A DNA stretch of 64,000 nt from Adineta vaga (lineage: Eukaryota > Animalia > Rotifera), in NCBI GenBank assembly GCA_021613535.1, contig CP075497.1, positions 9,820,585 through 9,884,584 on the forward strand. The letters are read 5' to 3'. Positions 17,981-32,322 of this stretch are shown here, in pieces; the first letter of the stretch is position 1, and each line of letters begins with the position of its first letter. Below the pieces are notes generated by a model, which ran no database searches, had not been told where the DNA came from, and saw nothing but the letters and a program-made list of their open reading frames with translations. A program made the position numbers and the translations under genes.

Positions 17981-18353
17981 GTTGTCAACTGAATGATATA
18001 ATCTACGGACTCGACTCCGTTTACGAACTTTACGATAAGGCGAACGGAAAGTTCTTCGTCCGCTGAATTATTTACTTTTGGTTGTCAATCAGCTGATTAA
18101 CTATCTGTTAATGGACGTAAAGTAACCAACAGCAAGTATTCATCAGATGTCATCCTATACAACATATAAACAAAATGTAGAACAAGAAAAAGAACATGAA
18201 AACGATTAGTATGTTAGAGAAATTTTATTATTAACAAGAAAAATGCAAATAATGCTAATTGAAATAGTAGAAGAGACCTATAAAAATATGTGTGAACAAA
18301 CAATATTAAGTTTTTCCATTCTAAATCTTGAAGAATTAAATTGTTTGAAAATA

Positions 18354-20310
18354 TCATTTTTCTCCAGATGAAGAATCACCTATTTGATCACTATTATCAT
18401 AATGACTAATTTGTTGATATTCACTAATAAGATCATTTAAACTTGCTTCTGCTAAACACGAAAAAAGACATTTGTAAATTAATTAAAAAAACATACATAT
18501 GAAAACTAAACTTACCATCAGTAAATTCGATATCATCCATCCTATATATCGAATTCAAAGAAAAAAGTTAAATTAATACATTTTTCTTTGCTATTAATTT
18601 ACCCTTCAGCTGTATACCAATGTATAAATGCTTTCCTTTTATACATAGCACAAAATTGTTGACAAATTTTTTTAAATAATTCTTCAATCGCTGTATTATT
18701 TGCTATAGAAAAAAAAATAACCGGAAATTAGTCTTTGCTATTGACTTTTATTAAGTAGATTATTTTACCAAGAAAAGTACAAGACATTCGGCATCCTCTC
18801 GGTGGAATATCACATACAGCAGTTTTAACATTGTTTGGAATCCATTCAATAAAATATTGAGAATTACGATTTTGTACCTGTAACATTTGTTCATCGATTT
18901 CACGCATTGATAATCGACCACGAAAGACTAGTGCTAATAAAAAACATTCAATATTATTCTATATAAACTGAATATTCGAAATTATGCTAACCAACAGTAA
19001 GATATCGTCCTTGTCTGGGATCTACAGCACACATTACATTTCGAGGATTAAATACTTGATGAACCATGTCCAAAACGGTTGTTGCTCGATAAGATTGACC
19101 ACTTCGTGATGTTAATGGTGCTAAAGATGACATAAAAAAATGTAAACGTGGAAATGGAACCATATTAACAGCGAGTTTTCTTAAATCCGCATTTAGTTGA
19201 CCTAAACATGTCACAAAGAGAGTGAGACGAATGAGGAATAGTGGTATTAGCTGATTTACCAGGAAATCGAAGACAAGTAGTAATACCAGACATAGTGTTA
19301 GCAATCAGATGATTGACTAAAATCAAAATTTTAATATGAATTACGTGATATTTCATAATCCACTACAGACGATCAATCATTGACGGAGTAGGAATTTTAA
19401 GTGACCGAGTACATATTTCATAGAGAGCTTCGTTATCAAAACATATCAACATATCTGTCGATTCAATATGATAATGAGCAGCAAGTAAAGCATTGTATGG
19501 TTCAACGATAGATTCAGATACTTGTGGCGATGGAAAAACACTATAAGCAACAATCATTCCTGAATATAAAAATAATACTACTATCATTTGAATTTGAAAA
19601 TCAACAAAACCATACGATCAGGATACTCTTCACGTAACCGATTTAATACAAGAGAACCAAGTCCAGAACCTGATCCACCACCAATACTTTGCATAATTTG
19701 AAAACCTAGTGAAAAAAAATGATTCTATAGATGTTTAAAATAGTTTGATTATTACCTTGCAAACAATCGGTATTTTCAACTTCTCGACGAACAGTTTCAA
19801 GTAGATAATCAATAGTCTCAGCACCTTCACCATAATATCCTAGAATGAAATATCTTTCACTATAAAATGATATAATATTCTTTGTTAGCAAACCTTTCGC
19901 CCAATTGTTGCCTGCTCCAGCTGTACCAAATACAAAATTATCTGGTCGAAACATTTGACCATAAGATGAAGCACGTACACAATCGATTGGACCCGTCTCA
20001 AGATCACATAAAACTGCTCGAGGAACATATTTACCACCTAAATTAATTATTACTTAGCATTCAGAAGACTTAATAAATGATAATGAAGTTTTTAGTACCT
20101 ATCGCTTCATTAAAGTAGACATTAATCCGTTCTAATTGTATATCAGAATCACCATCATAAATGCCAAGAGGAGAAAGACCATGTTCATTGGCCACAATTT
20201 CCCAAAACTAGAACATGACGAAGATATTTGAGAGTGTCATACCTTCTTATTACTTTTGCTGCGATCTGATTACCACATTGTCCAATGGAGATGTTCACAA
20301 TTTCACGCAT
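18354..20310 (-). CDS. Beta-tubulin, a divergent isotype. Multi-exon, with introns of 46 and 58 bp among others.
   Basis: [19 protein letters not shown] is followed by a 46-bp intron and [10 protein letters not shown]...[13 protein letters not shown]. Further exons give [28 protein letters not shown]...[29 protein letters not shown] then a 58-bp intron and [22 protein letters not shown], then [20 protein letters not shown] and the C-terminus [13 protein letters not shown]...GEK*. Confidence 0.9.
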
Positions 20311-23300
20311 TTTCTAATCAATTTCACTACTGCTTCTTTTTCTATTATTTGAAATGACAATGTCGAAACGTTGAAGCATGTATACATCTATCTAGATACA
20401 CTGGTTTATTGAAGAATCTAGATTAGGATAAATAGAAGAGACAAATAATCCATGTGCTTCTATGAACAATATAGAGAGAAATGTCTGATTGATGTAGTTC
20501 ATACACCCTCAACTAGAAAATAACTGTAATTTTGTTAGATTTTAGATGATGAGCGAGATCTTGAATATAAAAAACAACGCATCACTATCATAAATTAAAT
20601 GGTAAAAGGGCCAGTTGATTTTAACAATTGAACCATTTTGAGAATGTGAATGTTAGCGGCATGATTCTACTCACCCTTTTTCTGTCTATTTATTCATTCT
20701 TAGTTCTTGGATGACGCCATTATATATATATATATATGTAATCTTTACTCGTATACTCAAGAATCAAAGACGATATCTTTCTTTTATTTTAGTTTTTATA
20801 ACTTCAAATATAGGAATATTTTCTCATTTTAAGTTTTATTTAAATATTCTGTAATTCTTTCATGGTATTTCAATTCGTTTTTCATGATTCGACATAATGT
20901 TTTGTTAGAGAGATAGAATAGACGAAAATACATTTCATCTTAGATTAAAAACGTGCATTTTTGTATTTTGTATTGAAAGAATTTATATATCCAATGATAT
21001 CCAAAATTATCGACATATCATTATTTGATGTGTTTCATCTTTTATCAGAAAGGTACTGATAAAAGCTCCAGTGTAACTTATAATCAAATGCATCAAGCTT
21101 GTAATACATAACAAGCCATCACGTATTAATCTTACTCTTGTGATATTATTGTTTCATATTCATACGCATAACAATCAGCTTATGCATCAAGCCGTTCGTT
21201 GATATTTTTTTATCTTTTGTATACATATTTTTTGATAATGATGGTCAGAGAAAACTCATTAAATAAACAAAACTAAAATTATCTTTTTAGGAAAAGATGC
21301 ATTTACCGACAAGGTTGTCCAAAAACAAAACATGTAAAGAAAAACTAATATCAATGAAAGAGACAAGATACATATTAATAAATATAATAATTTAAAGGAT
21401 TATTTTTCAATTATCTAACTCATCGAATAATGTTTGGTAGAGTCAAAACAACGTTACTAGAACAAGAATTTTTATTCGAAGACAGATTACAATATTCGCA
21501 TGTCGATATTCCATAATAGAAAGACAACATAGATATTATGTTTGTCCCATTTTATTCAAAATAAAGCCGATACTAATAGTTAAAATAAAATATGTGCAAT
21601 TTACATAACGCAGCACGTATCTAAATTGTATCCTTGAAAGAAAATGCAAAGTCTAATATCTCACATGATACAATTTTGTCTGAAAAAAATTCCAGCACGT
21701 TTGATACTTCGACTTTGTACAAGGCATTACGATGATATCAGATAAAATTATAAATATTCTATGATTATCATCCTACGCAATACTAGTTTTTCTCACTCGT
21801 GATCAACAGTCTATAAATTGAGTGCGTATATCACAGTTTCTTCATATCAGTTCTCATCGTCGCAAAAAAAACATCCTCTTTTAATAAAGCAATACATTGT
21901 TTGCAACGATCATCCGTATCAGTAAGTAGAATAGCTAAACACTATTTTATCGTTATTCTGAAACTCTGTTATCAACGAATGAATAGACTAGTTAAATTTC
22001 TATAGTAACGAAGGTTGCATTACTTAGTAAATATAAAGTTTCTAGAAAATCAATACTAGAAACTGTGATTTATATCTTCGTGCGAATATTCTGACAATTT
22101 GAGGTCTAACTATAAAAATTCATTTTGCCAATATGCTTTTCCATTTGTTTAATTGTAGGAACGATAATAAAGATATTTTTGACCATACTTCTAATCACAG
22201 TGCGATCGAAACACAATACTAAACTGCGCAAGATTCAGTTTTCAATTATTTCCATCTTTCAAATCAACAATGATACTACTTCAGTCTTTTGGAAATTTGT
22301 TTCCATGCATACACATATCCAAGAACTCGGTGTGGAAACGGTCGATTCTATGGTATCCCTGTGATTAAATGAAACCAGTATTCAGGATCGGAAAATGTTT
22401 GCTTTTTTTCTGGTGTCCTCCAAACAATTATGGATTAGTTCCAAAAATCCAAATTATCGTCCTAGGTGAAAAATACCCTTGGATAAACAAGAGAACTTAT
22501 GGAAAAGGGATGCTTCAACGATAGCAATAGCAGAAATACAATACTAGAATCAAGTACATCCAACAAAAATCACACTTTTAAAATCTTATCAACAATATCT
22601 TGTTTATTCAACAGTGAACAAAATGGAAGTTAATCATGAATAGATGTGCTGCCAACAAAATCCAAAGTACAAAAAGAGTTTTACTGGCATGTATATGAAA
22701 TTATATTGGTTTGATAAGAAAGTACTTTTCTACTATTTACAGTGACTCAGTACGCACAGGATGGTACCTAACGAATCTCATACGAAAATAGAATCAATGT
22801 ACTTGCAAGGTATAGTGTATGGATCTTGATACCAAAAATGTTTAGTTAAAATTTCTTATAGTACAAAATCTCACTCGATCGAATAGCTTCCAGAATCAGA
22901 TCACACCAAAAAACGTCGTTGGAAATCCGACTATCGAGTTGATCGACCAGGAAATAAGTTGAAATCGTAAAAACGAATATCTTCATTAAACAAAAGTATT
23001 ATACAAAGCTTTGTTAATGTCATTAGCATTTCTTTTTGATTTTTGAAGGTTCAAATTTGGGTTTATAACGTAGATAACAAAACAAAATTATACTGTGACA
23101 TTAAACTGCTTAAAATCGACAGAAGCTAACCAATACTCCAGATCAATATATTTATTTTAAAGTTGACTCTTTCTCCACATTACATTTAATTAGTTAGAAT
23201 TTTTATTTTTCCACTGAAATACGTGGCATCAACGAGTCAGACTAAATGTACCGCGATTAATCAGCATGAAATCAGAATAATAGACTGTTTTTGAAGGCAA

Positions 23301-24011
23301 TTTAGAATTAATCTTGTTTTTTGTTTCAGATAAAAACTAAAAACAGCAGAAATAGGTAATGCACATCATTTTCTTAGCCATAGCAACACCAGGATGCATT
23401 CAGGTTAGACATTTAAGAATGAAAATCAAGGTTTTTTGGAAACAAAAAAATGCTCTCATTTACTATCCGGCCTTATTTCCTGGACAAGAGCGTATTCCTG
23501 AAAATGCTTTAGTTATCTTTTCTTTGTTGTAAAAAGACATACAAATTTAAACAGTGTTTCACATTTCATTTCAAATTGATTCTCTTTCGTTCACATAACT
23601 AACGAGACTATCATTATGATGATGTTCTTTTCATTCACTCTCCCTCTTGTTCTCTCTCTCTATATATATATTTCTTGTAAAGCAGAATCATACACGTTCA
23701 TGCCCAATAGTAGGAGAAAAAGGAAAGGAAGAGAGGAAATATAAAGATAAATGATGCATGTACACGTTTTCTCTTACGTACAACGACCAAGCAGAATTCA
23801 ACAAATGAGCAGAAAAGAGTTGTTTCGCTCATTTTTCACTCGTCATGCCATGACATATATATATATATATATATACAGATTTGCTAGTTGATTATTTGTC
23901 TAAGTCAATTGATTAATTTGCTAAATTATTTTTAGTTCGATCAAAAAAAAATTGAACATCTAAAACAGCATCCGTCTCAAGACGACGACAACGACGACGA
24001 AATTTCAAAAA

Positions 24012-25720
24012 GTGATGGCGGACGATAAATCACCACTGGTTCGTGATATATTAATCAGTGATGCTGTTATGTTCGATAAAACTCAAGATAGTGTATATCA
24101 TACCGATTTAATCGATAATAATAGTGAGTTCTTTCAAAATATATTATTTCCATATGCAGATTTTCACATAGTTTCAATGGGTAATGAAGTTGCAATGTGT
24201 CCATTTGATATATTCTCACTGAATTATATCAAAGAAGATGAAATAATCGAGACGATGTTTGTTGATGAATTTATATCAAATTCTAGTTTTGATCTGCCAT
24301 ATAGTACGTAACATAGATAATTCAACGATAAAACACATTAATATATACGAACTATTGCAGCATCTTCCATTCCATCATCTTCTCCATCGACTTACAGTGA
24401 TTTCCAATCACACGTTGGTTCCAACTATCATGTGAGTTTAGTTAAATTGATTTATTTTTTCATATTTCCTATATAAACTTTTCCATTTAGTGTACTATTG
24501 ATTCTCACTATCTTTCATGTCTTTCCATATCCTTCAGCAATCCTCCTGATACAATCTACCATGTACGCTACTTAAGTGAAATTACAAATTCACCACTTGA
24601 TGGTAACATCGTCCACACAAAGAAGAAAACGAAAAAGAATATTTCTGGACGATATTTGAAAGGAACACATGGTCGTCATATTACAATTGATGTAAGTGAT
24701 GAACAAAACTGAATAGAAGATCTCTTTGCTACTATTAGTATTGAAAGCATCCTAACAATAGATCTATAAGCATTTGATCATGAAGCAAAGTAGATATGAC
24801 GAGAAACGAATGCGTTCATTTTCAGTTAGTTCATAGATACATTGTTTCATCTAATTGACACTCTAATTATATTTATACATCTAAACGCTCTGTTATAATT
24901 GCTTGTCATTAAAAATAAACAAAATGATCGGAAGCAGATGTCGAAATTGCTGTTCTTCGAATAAGGTATCAAACAATGATATTGCACAGATTGTATCTAA
25001 ACAAATGTACCGTCTTTTCTTCTAATTCTAAGATAAACAAAATGAATTCTTTGTACTTTTTTAAAATATTTTTTAGCTTCCTATTAATTTGCCTGATTAT
25101 AATGAATACTTTATTCGTGTTACTCGTCTTACTGTTCCGTATCAAAATCGTTCTTTTATTCATCCATATCCTCTTCTATATTCACCACCAAAGAAAAAGT
25201 CACTTTCTGTTTCAACAGAAGAAAAGGAATGGATATATTTCAAACTAAACAAAGAAGATATTTGTTCTCGTTCGAAACAGTATGTACTCTGATACATTGT
25301 ATATCATCTATTTAAATCTTTCACAATTAGATTTCCTAATATCATCTTGACTCGTATAAAACAATCTGAACTTAAAAATATGCATACTTTACAGTTATAC
25401 GGTAACTTATTTGCTTGATTTACAAAATAGTTTGAATTGTCTTCTTTAGATGACAGAATGATGACATGTACATTTGAAGGCGATACTCCGAAACAAAAGA
25501 TAGCTATGTATCAATTAAAAAAGTCTCAACTTGATTTTCGTTTAGTAATGAAATGTGCAGAAACAGGTGAATATATAGATTTAAATGCTTCATGTCGGTC
25601 AGAAGAACTTCTTGAAGGTAAAATCTTGAATGTAATTTCTACGATTTTCTGACTGATTATTTTTTCGTAGAAGAAGGAACTGAATGTAAAAAATTAACCA
25701 TCGCAGGTCCATTGTAATTA
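24012..25720 (+). CDS. Hypothetical conserved-looking protein. About 6 exons; family not recognised.
   Basis: Exons joined by canonical GT..AG introns of 50-120 bp encode MMADDKSPLVRDIL..., NPPDTIYHVRYLSEITNSPLDGNIVHTKKK and LPINLPDYNEYFIRVTRLTVPYQNRSFIHPYP. Later exons give MMTCTFEGDTPKQKIAMYQLKKSQLDFRLVMKCAETGEYIDLNASCRSEELLE and the C-terminus EGTECKKLTIAGPL*. Confidence 0.45.
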
Positions 25721-26423
25721 TAAAATTTAATTTGTATGAAAATTATACGAAATCAAATATCATGGTGTATATAAATTCAATGATTAGTACAACCACAGCT
25801 ATCGTTTTTCTTTTTCTACAAGTAATTCTAAATGTATATTTGCTGTGTGTTTTTTCTTTTTCATTTGAAAAATAAAATACGTATTCAGCTCAACGCCATA
25901 AAATTGTTTTCATTATGATAAAGAACGATAGAACGATAGATGTACGAGTCTCACATGTTCAATTATATGCAGCAAAAAATGAATTTATTTTTGTTTCTTG
26001 AATGTTCTATCAATGTTATATGTTATGCTTTGATGAACTGAACATTAGCGACATCTTTTATTTGTAAACAATAATTTTCGATAACGAATATTTTCAAATT
26101 GATAACTAATATTTTCAATAAAACATCTAAAAAATATCTTAAGAAATGTTTTCTTTCTTAAATATTCAATTGTATCCTTCTCTTCAAAACTCTCTTAGGA
26201 CTCATAAACGAGTCCAATGGCAGTTGCTTTTTGTTGTTTATTCTCTATGGTCTACAAAATTTTCCATGTAAATGATCATCGTTTTGTAAAAAGCACCAAA
26301 ATTAATTTTTCTTTCTTTTAGATGCATTAGCCACCAATATTTGTAAAAAATTAATCCAATATTATTCAATAATTTTTGTCAAAACGCGTGCGTTTTTCTT
26401 GTTTCTTTTTTATTACTAAGCTA

Positions 26424-27093
26424 ATGTCTCAACGTGCTCGTGTTGCTGCTGCTCGTGCAGCTAAAACGTCTGCTACTTCTTCATTTTCTCAATCAAATAA
26501 TAAATCGAAATCAAAGAAAAAACCTGTTCCAACTCGCAAAATTACACGTAGTAATGTTAATAGTGGTGCTGTGAAAAAGAAAACACCAGTCAAAGCCAGT
26601 AAAAAATCTTCACCAACAAAACGTCGTCTTCAACAACGTTCATCGACAAGTACACGTTCATCAACAAGACCAACGACTGTCACAACACCAGTACTGACAC
26701 CAAGAAAAAAACGTCTTTCTGGCTTAACAGCTGCAACTCTTCTTCAATATTGTACTAACGTGCTTTCACCACCACCACCACCACCACCATCATCCACTGA
26801 AAAACAACAGCCAACGTCAAAGCGTCAGTTACGTTCAACAAACAGTAGTCCAGCATCAAGGAACAATCCAAGTGCAACAAATCGAAAGAAGACAAAGGTT
26901 TGATCAAAAGAAATAACGAAATATTTGAGATTTATTTTATCTAAATTTTAGACTAAAGCAAAAGTAACACAAAAACAAACAATAACAAATACACGAACAA
27001 CACGTGCACGAAAATCAGCTGCCGCAGCAGTAAAAGTGTCATCAACATCAAGTGATGATGACAGTAGTGAACATAATGAAAAACAAGAAGAAA

Positions 27094-27124
<31 letters not shown>

Positions 27125-30100
27125 CGAAGATGAAGATGATGAAGATGTTTCAGAGAAAAAAACAAAAGTTAAAAAACAATCAAGTGAAGAAGGAAACAGT
27201 GCTGATGAAAATATTCGACCTTCACGTCGTCGTACAAAAACAAAAGCAAAAACGAAAGCAACAACAAATGGACGTAAACGGCAAGTTTCCAATATTTCAT
27301 CAACAGATGATGTTAAACCTGCTCAAGTTGAATTAAATATTCATACTCGGTCACGTCGTGAAGCAAGTTCACGTGCATCAGCTATGATTATGCAACAGAA
27401 TGAAATTGAACGTAGTCGTTTCCATTTCTCTCTAGCAAATGAACGTTCCACATCAGTTAATCGAAGACGTCGCACTAAAAGTACAGTTACTAATAAAGAT
27501 GATTCTCATACTGATATCATTCCTGATCCACTTGAACAACCGTCTGCAGAACCATTTAAATTTAATGTTCCATCCGTTCCACCAGTAACAACATCTGCCG
27601 TCGTGCCTGCAACAATAATAACAACAGCACCAGTACAAACAACAAATCGTAAAGTAACACCACCACCATCTTTATCGAGTATAATAACTGCACCGCCACC
27701 ATCAGTAACAAATGTATCGAATAAAACTGAGTATGCTCAATCATCGAATGCAGTTACAACTAAATCCAACCATCAATTACTATCACCGGCAACTACAATA
27801 GCAACACCATCTAATTCAAAATATCCATCATTAACAGAAACAATTCTAGCTGAACATGATCGTTTACATGGCACAACACCACCATATCATACAACTAAAC
27901 GTGATAATCTAATTAAATGGACACAAGAATTAGCATTATATGATCGTTTATCACCACCATTTCCTGAAAATGAAATCCCATTGGAATCATTTCATGGTGC
28001 TTCTTCAACGATATCATCAACTACGACAACAACAACAACAAACGATCAAATACAATCAAATCGTGGTGGTATTATTATTAGTCAAAATAATAGTAATAGC
28101 AATCAAAGTACTAGTGCAGCAACAAATAATGGTGGTTCAATTATTGGTGGTGCTGGATCATCATCAACGACTGTCGCTGGAACAAGTACAGTTACAACAG
28201 GTGGAACAACAAGTAATAATACACATAGTAAATCAACAGCTAAAGCTACTCCATTAGTGCCTACGGCGTCTTTACTGAAACAACCAACTAATACTAGTAC
28301 AACTAGTACAAACTTTGTACAAAAAACTCGTCCAGCAGCAAAAGGATCCAATGCAGTAACAGGTATAGTATCAATTTGAATTCAAACTAAACGATTCATC
28401 AATTTGTTTATGTTAGCTTCGCCTATTATAGCACCAGATCATTCAGTGTCATCAACTCCTTTACTTAATTCTTCTGGAGCTCTAACGCCTGCTATTTTCG
28501 GTGGAACAACAGCAAATACATCTTCTTCTTCATCGCTGTCATCTCGACCACTTTCATCTTCACTCGATCATCATCTTCGTCATCCACATTCATCGAACAC
28601 TTCAACACCAATGCCAACTTCAAATATTAATCCAACAACAAGTCCAGCTTTTCTTACATCATCTGCTGCGGCTGCTGCTGCAGCGGCGGCGGCAGCAGCT
28701 GCAGCTGCATTTCCTATCGATTTACGTTCGTTTTATCCTCTTTTGCCTTGTTGGCAATATCCGGGTAAGATGCATCAATGAATGGCATGCATGTCGTTTT
28801 TTCCTCTTTATATGTATATCTATGATTTATTCATTCTATTTTACATTGTATTCGAACCATCACAAGAGAAAAATATCTGCCATATTCTATAGATACGAGA
28901 TATATTTTCCGGATTTCTATAATAGTAGATCTTTTCAATATGAAATTATATATCACTAGCTTTCTTGTTCAATGTCGTGTTATTCGATTATTATAGATAG
29001 AATAAAAACTGATTTTTTGACTGACAGCAGCAGTTGGTATGTAGATCTCCAGATGATTCATACATACACACACCTATATATATTCTTTCTCTTTTTCTTT
29101 TCTGAACGCTTTTCTTATCTTATCTCCTGATGTAAAATAGCTAACTTACTTTTTTTAAATTTCATCCATCGATTATCGCATAGTACAATTTTTGTTTGAA
29201 GATATCATCTATTCTAATACTCATTTGTTTTTCTATTTAGCTTGGACATTTCCATCGTCAGCATCATTACTTAGTCAACAAGCAAATTGTCTTCTACCAC
29301 CTTCATCAACGCTTCCACCACCACCATCTCCGGTTGTTCATCATAAAACATCTATAACGCGTCATCGTACAACAACACATTTAGAAACTAAACAAAAGAA
29401 ATCGTCGACAGTAACAACATCAACTATTAATTCAACTAATTCAAATAATAATAATACAAAACAACAATCTCTAGTGCCAGTCTTTGATTCACAACAGAAA
29501 TCAGCTTTATCACCGAAGAAAGAAGCACTAACATTTCATTTACATACTCATCATCATCATCACATTCATAATCCTAATCCTCCACTATCGTCAAATACAT
29601 CATCATTACTAAAATCACCTAATCCAACGAAAACAACAACAGTACCATTATCGCCTCAAAAGTCTAGTGTTCTTGTAAATAAAGAACAACTTGTTGAAAC
29701 CAAAATGATTCTCCCATTAAGTGTAAATAATGTTGTTAAAAAAGAACATCAATTGATTACGACAAATGATTTCTTATCATTATCATCAATAACAACAGAA
29801 AATGAAGCTTTAAATTTTTCAATTAAACATTTATCAGCAAATAAAAAACCAAATGTAAATGAATCTGATGGTATAATAAAGAAGGCAACATCAAGAAAAT
29901 CATCTCCAGTTAAAGGACGTACCGATTTTAGTTCGAAATCAAACAGGTAAATGAATAAAAACAACGTCTGCATGTAAGTCTGATTAATTATTTTTTTTAG
30001 TTCACCAACCCATTCTACTGGTGATCGAGCTCTATATACAATCAATTCAATCATTACTTCACCTACAAAACATTCTGCTATTAATCTTAGTACATATTCA

Positions 30101-31660
30101 TCAAATCAACGACAACGTCTATTAAATCCTCCAACTGGAACAACAACTATTATCTCACCTGTGTCAAATATTCTTAATTCAAATGGTGAATTATCTGTTC
30201 ATAATGATGACGATCATAAATCTGCGAAACGTAATCATAAGCGTCGTAGTGTCTCAGCAGCCACAACTAGTGCAACAACATTTATATCAATAACAGGGAA
30301 AAATGCTCGTTCAGCACGTACAACATCATCATCGGCAATTCCTGTACGATCCAAATTATCGACACATTTACTCAATGCAAAACGATCACATTCGCCACCT
30401 TCTGTAACATTGCTTGGATCGATTAAAAATCCTAGTCAAAGAAAAAAACAAAAAATTTCTCATTACTGGGCTTTATTTGGCAGATCGGAGCAAAAATTAG
30501 TATCAATTGATGTAAGTCATTCCATATGTTTATTTTCAAGGTATAAATAGAACTACTTTTTGTTTTCAGGCTGACAAACCGCCGGTTTATCGCGAATGTT
30601 ATTCATCAATTCGACATGTAAAAGAAAAAGATATTATTAAATCTGATGATTGTGTTCTATTACGTCCTGAGAATGCTGAACATAATGGTATAACACCCTA
30701 TTTAGCTAAGGTGAAATGGTTTTGGGAAGAACCAGAATCAGGTTTGACAAAGAAGATCTCTCTTGTTTATTTATAATCATAAAAATATTGTATAAATTGT
30801 AGGTGAAATTCAAATGTCACTCGTTTGGTATTATCATCCAGAACATAGTGAATTACCACTACGTGTTAAAGAACATTTTCTACCAAATGAAGTCTTAGCA
30901 TCAAAATATTGGGATTGTGTGAATGTAGCCTGTATTGAAGATAAATGTTATGTGCTCAATGTTAATGAATATAATCGGTAATAATTGAAACTAAAACTTA
31001 AAGATCGAATTTGTAAGATTTCATTTTCGAGCATATGAGTTGATCTAATCTCAGTTAAAGATCTTTATCTAAAAGCATCAAAACGTCATCTATGTTTGAT
31101 GACTTAATATAGTTCCGGTTTTAAGTACTCGATCGAGTACTAAATCGGATATGAACTTCCGTTTGTCAATCCAAATGATTGTTACTATCGTTAAAGTCAA
31201 TTGTGTGCACATGATTGAGGCAAGAGAGTGTCAAAATCAATCGACATTCAATAGAACTGTATGAATTTTTGATTAATATTTATTTCTGTTTTATTCTTTT
31301 TGTAGTTATTGTATTCGTGAAAAAGTCTCCGATCTTTTCGACCATCCTGAATCAGTGGATCAGTTAAAATCTCTGTTAAACAGAAATACTACCACTATTC
31401 ATCACCGACCATTACCATCAAAAAATGTCGATAATCAAAATATCTTCTTTTGTCGCTATGTATACGATTATCGAGCGAAACGTATTTTGAAAAATCCAAG
31501 TTTAAATAATTCTAATACTAATCCGACGACGATGACGACGACAGCAACAACAACAACAACAGCAATAACAACAACTACAACGACGGCGGCAATGTTGACC
31601 ACGACGACGACAGTTAATCCCACTACGACAATTTCTGTACCTACGGCAGCACGCATGTGA
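26424..31660 (+). CDS. Large low-complexity nuclear protein with a C-terminal BAH domain, TNRC18/BAHCC1/winged-eye-like. About 8 exons, including introns of about 450 and 325 bp.
   Basis: Long S/T/P/K-rich and poly-Asp/Glu exons (26424-28790, 29240-29946, 30001-30518) precede the BAH exons. The BAH exons encode DCVLLRPENAEHNGITPYLAKVKWFWEEPESG, EIQMSLVWYYHPEHSEL...YWDCVNVACIEDKCYVLNVNEYNR and YCIREK...NIFFCRYVYDYRAKRILKNP. The last matches the TNRC18 BAH signature FLCRHVYDFRHGRILKN. Confidence 0.65.
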
Positions 31661-32322
31661 ATCTCTTTATTATTATTTTTTGTTTCTTAGATTCTTTTTT
31701 TCTGACGTGTTTTGTGCTCGACTATTCTGATTTCCTTTTCTTCTTGTATCTACGATTCTTTCTTGTTTGTTTGTTTGTTTGTTTTGTTTTATAGTTTTCT
31801 GAATTTGTTTCGACAACGCAATTAAACTTCAATGTTATTAGTGGAACACATATACATTTGAGTAAAGAGAAAAAAAATATTTGTGTGTGATATTCTCTAT
31901 TTCAAAAAGTTTTCATCACTAGTTAATCTTTCTACTTCTCTATCTGCTGTGCTCTCTTTGTTTCATTCTTTCTATCGAGCTTTAATTAAATTAACAATTA
32001 ATGATGCTCGTTACAATCATTGTTGTTTGGAAACAATACTATTCTCTCTCTCTCATTGTATAAAACTTGTACATTTTTTGTCTTTACGAACAAAAAAGAA
32101 CCAAACGGTCTCTCTCTCTCTCTTTCTCTCGCGTTTTTCTCTCTATATATTTTTCTTCGTTTTGTTTTGTTTGTTAGTCGTCACTACTGCTACTTTTCTT
32201 TTTTTTCTTTGCGTCTTCATTGAAAAATAGAAAAAAACTTTTTAAGTCTGGACTTGGTTTGTTTGGTTGTTATTTTATATATAAATGTTCGTATTTCTAG
32301 ATTTTCATTCTATTATATATTC

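Noticed and set aside
20300-24000. A 3.7-kb stretch without genes; checked for tRNA/ncRNA genes and CRISPR-like arrays.
   Set aside because: No cloverleaf-compatible T-loop/anticodon-stem patterns and no regularly spaced direct repeats were seen, only AT-rich DNA with (TA)n and (TC)n microsatellites. I cannot exclude unannotated non-coding transcripts, but no structure was visible by eye.
26948-27336. ORFs 26948..27292(-), 26953..27165(-), 27052..27336(+) with poly-Ser, poly-His and poly-Met translations.
   Set aside because: These are alternative-frame or antisense readings of the (GAT)n/(GAA)n acidic tract inside the BAH-protein exon. They are not independent genes.
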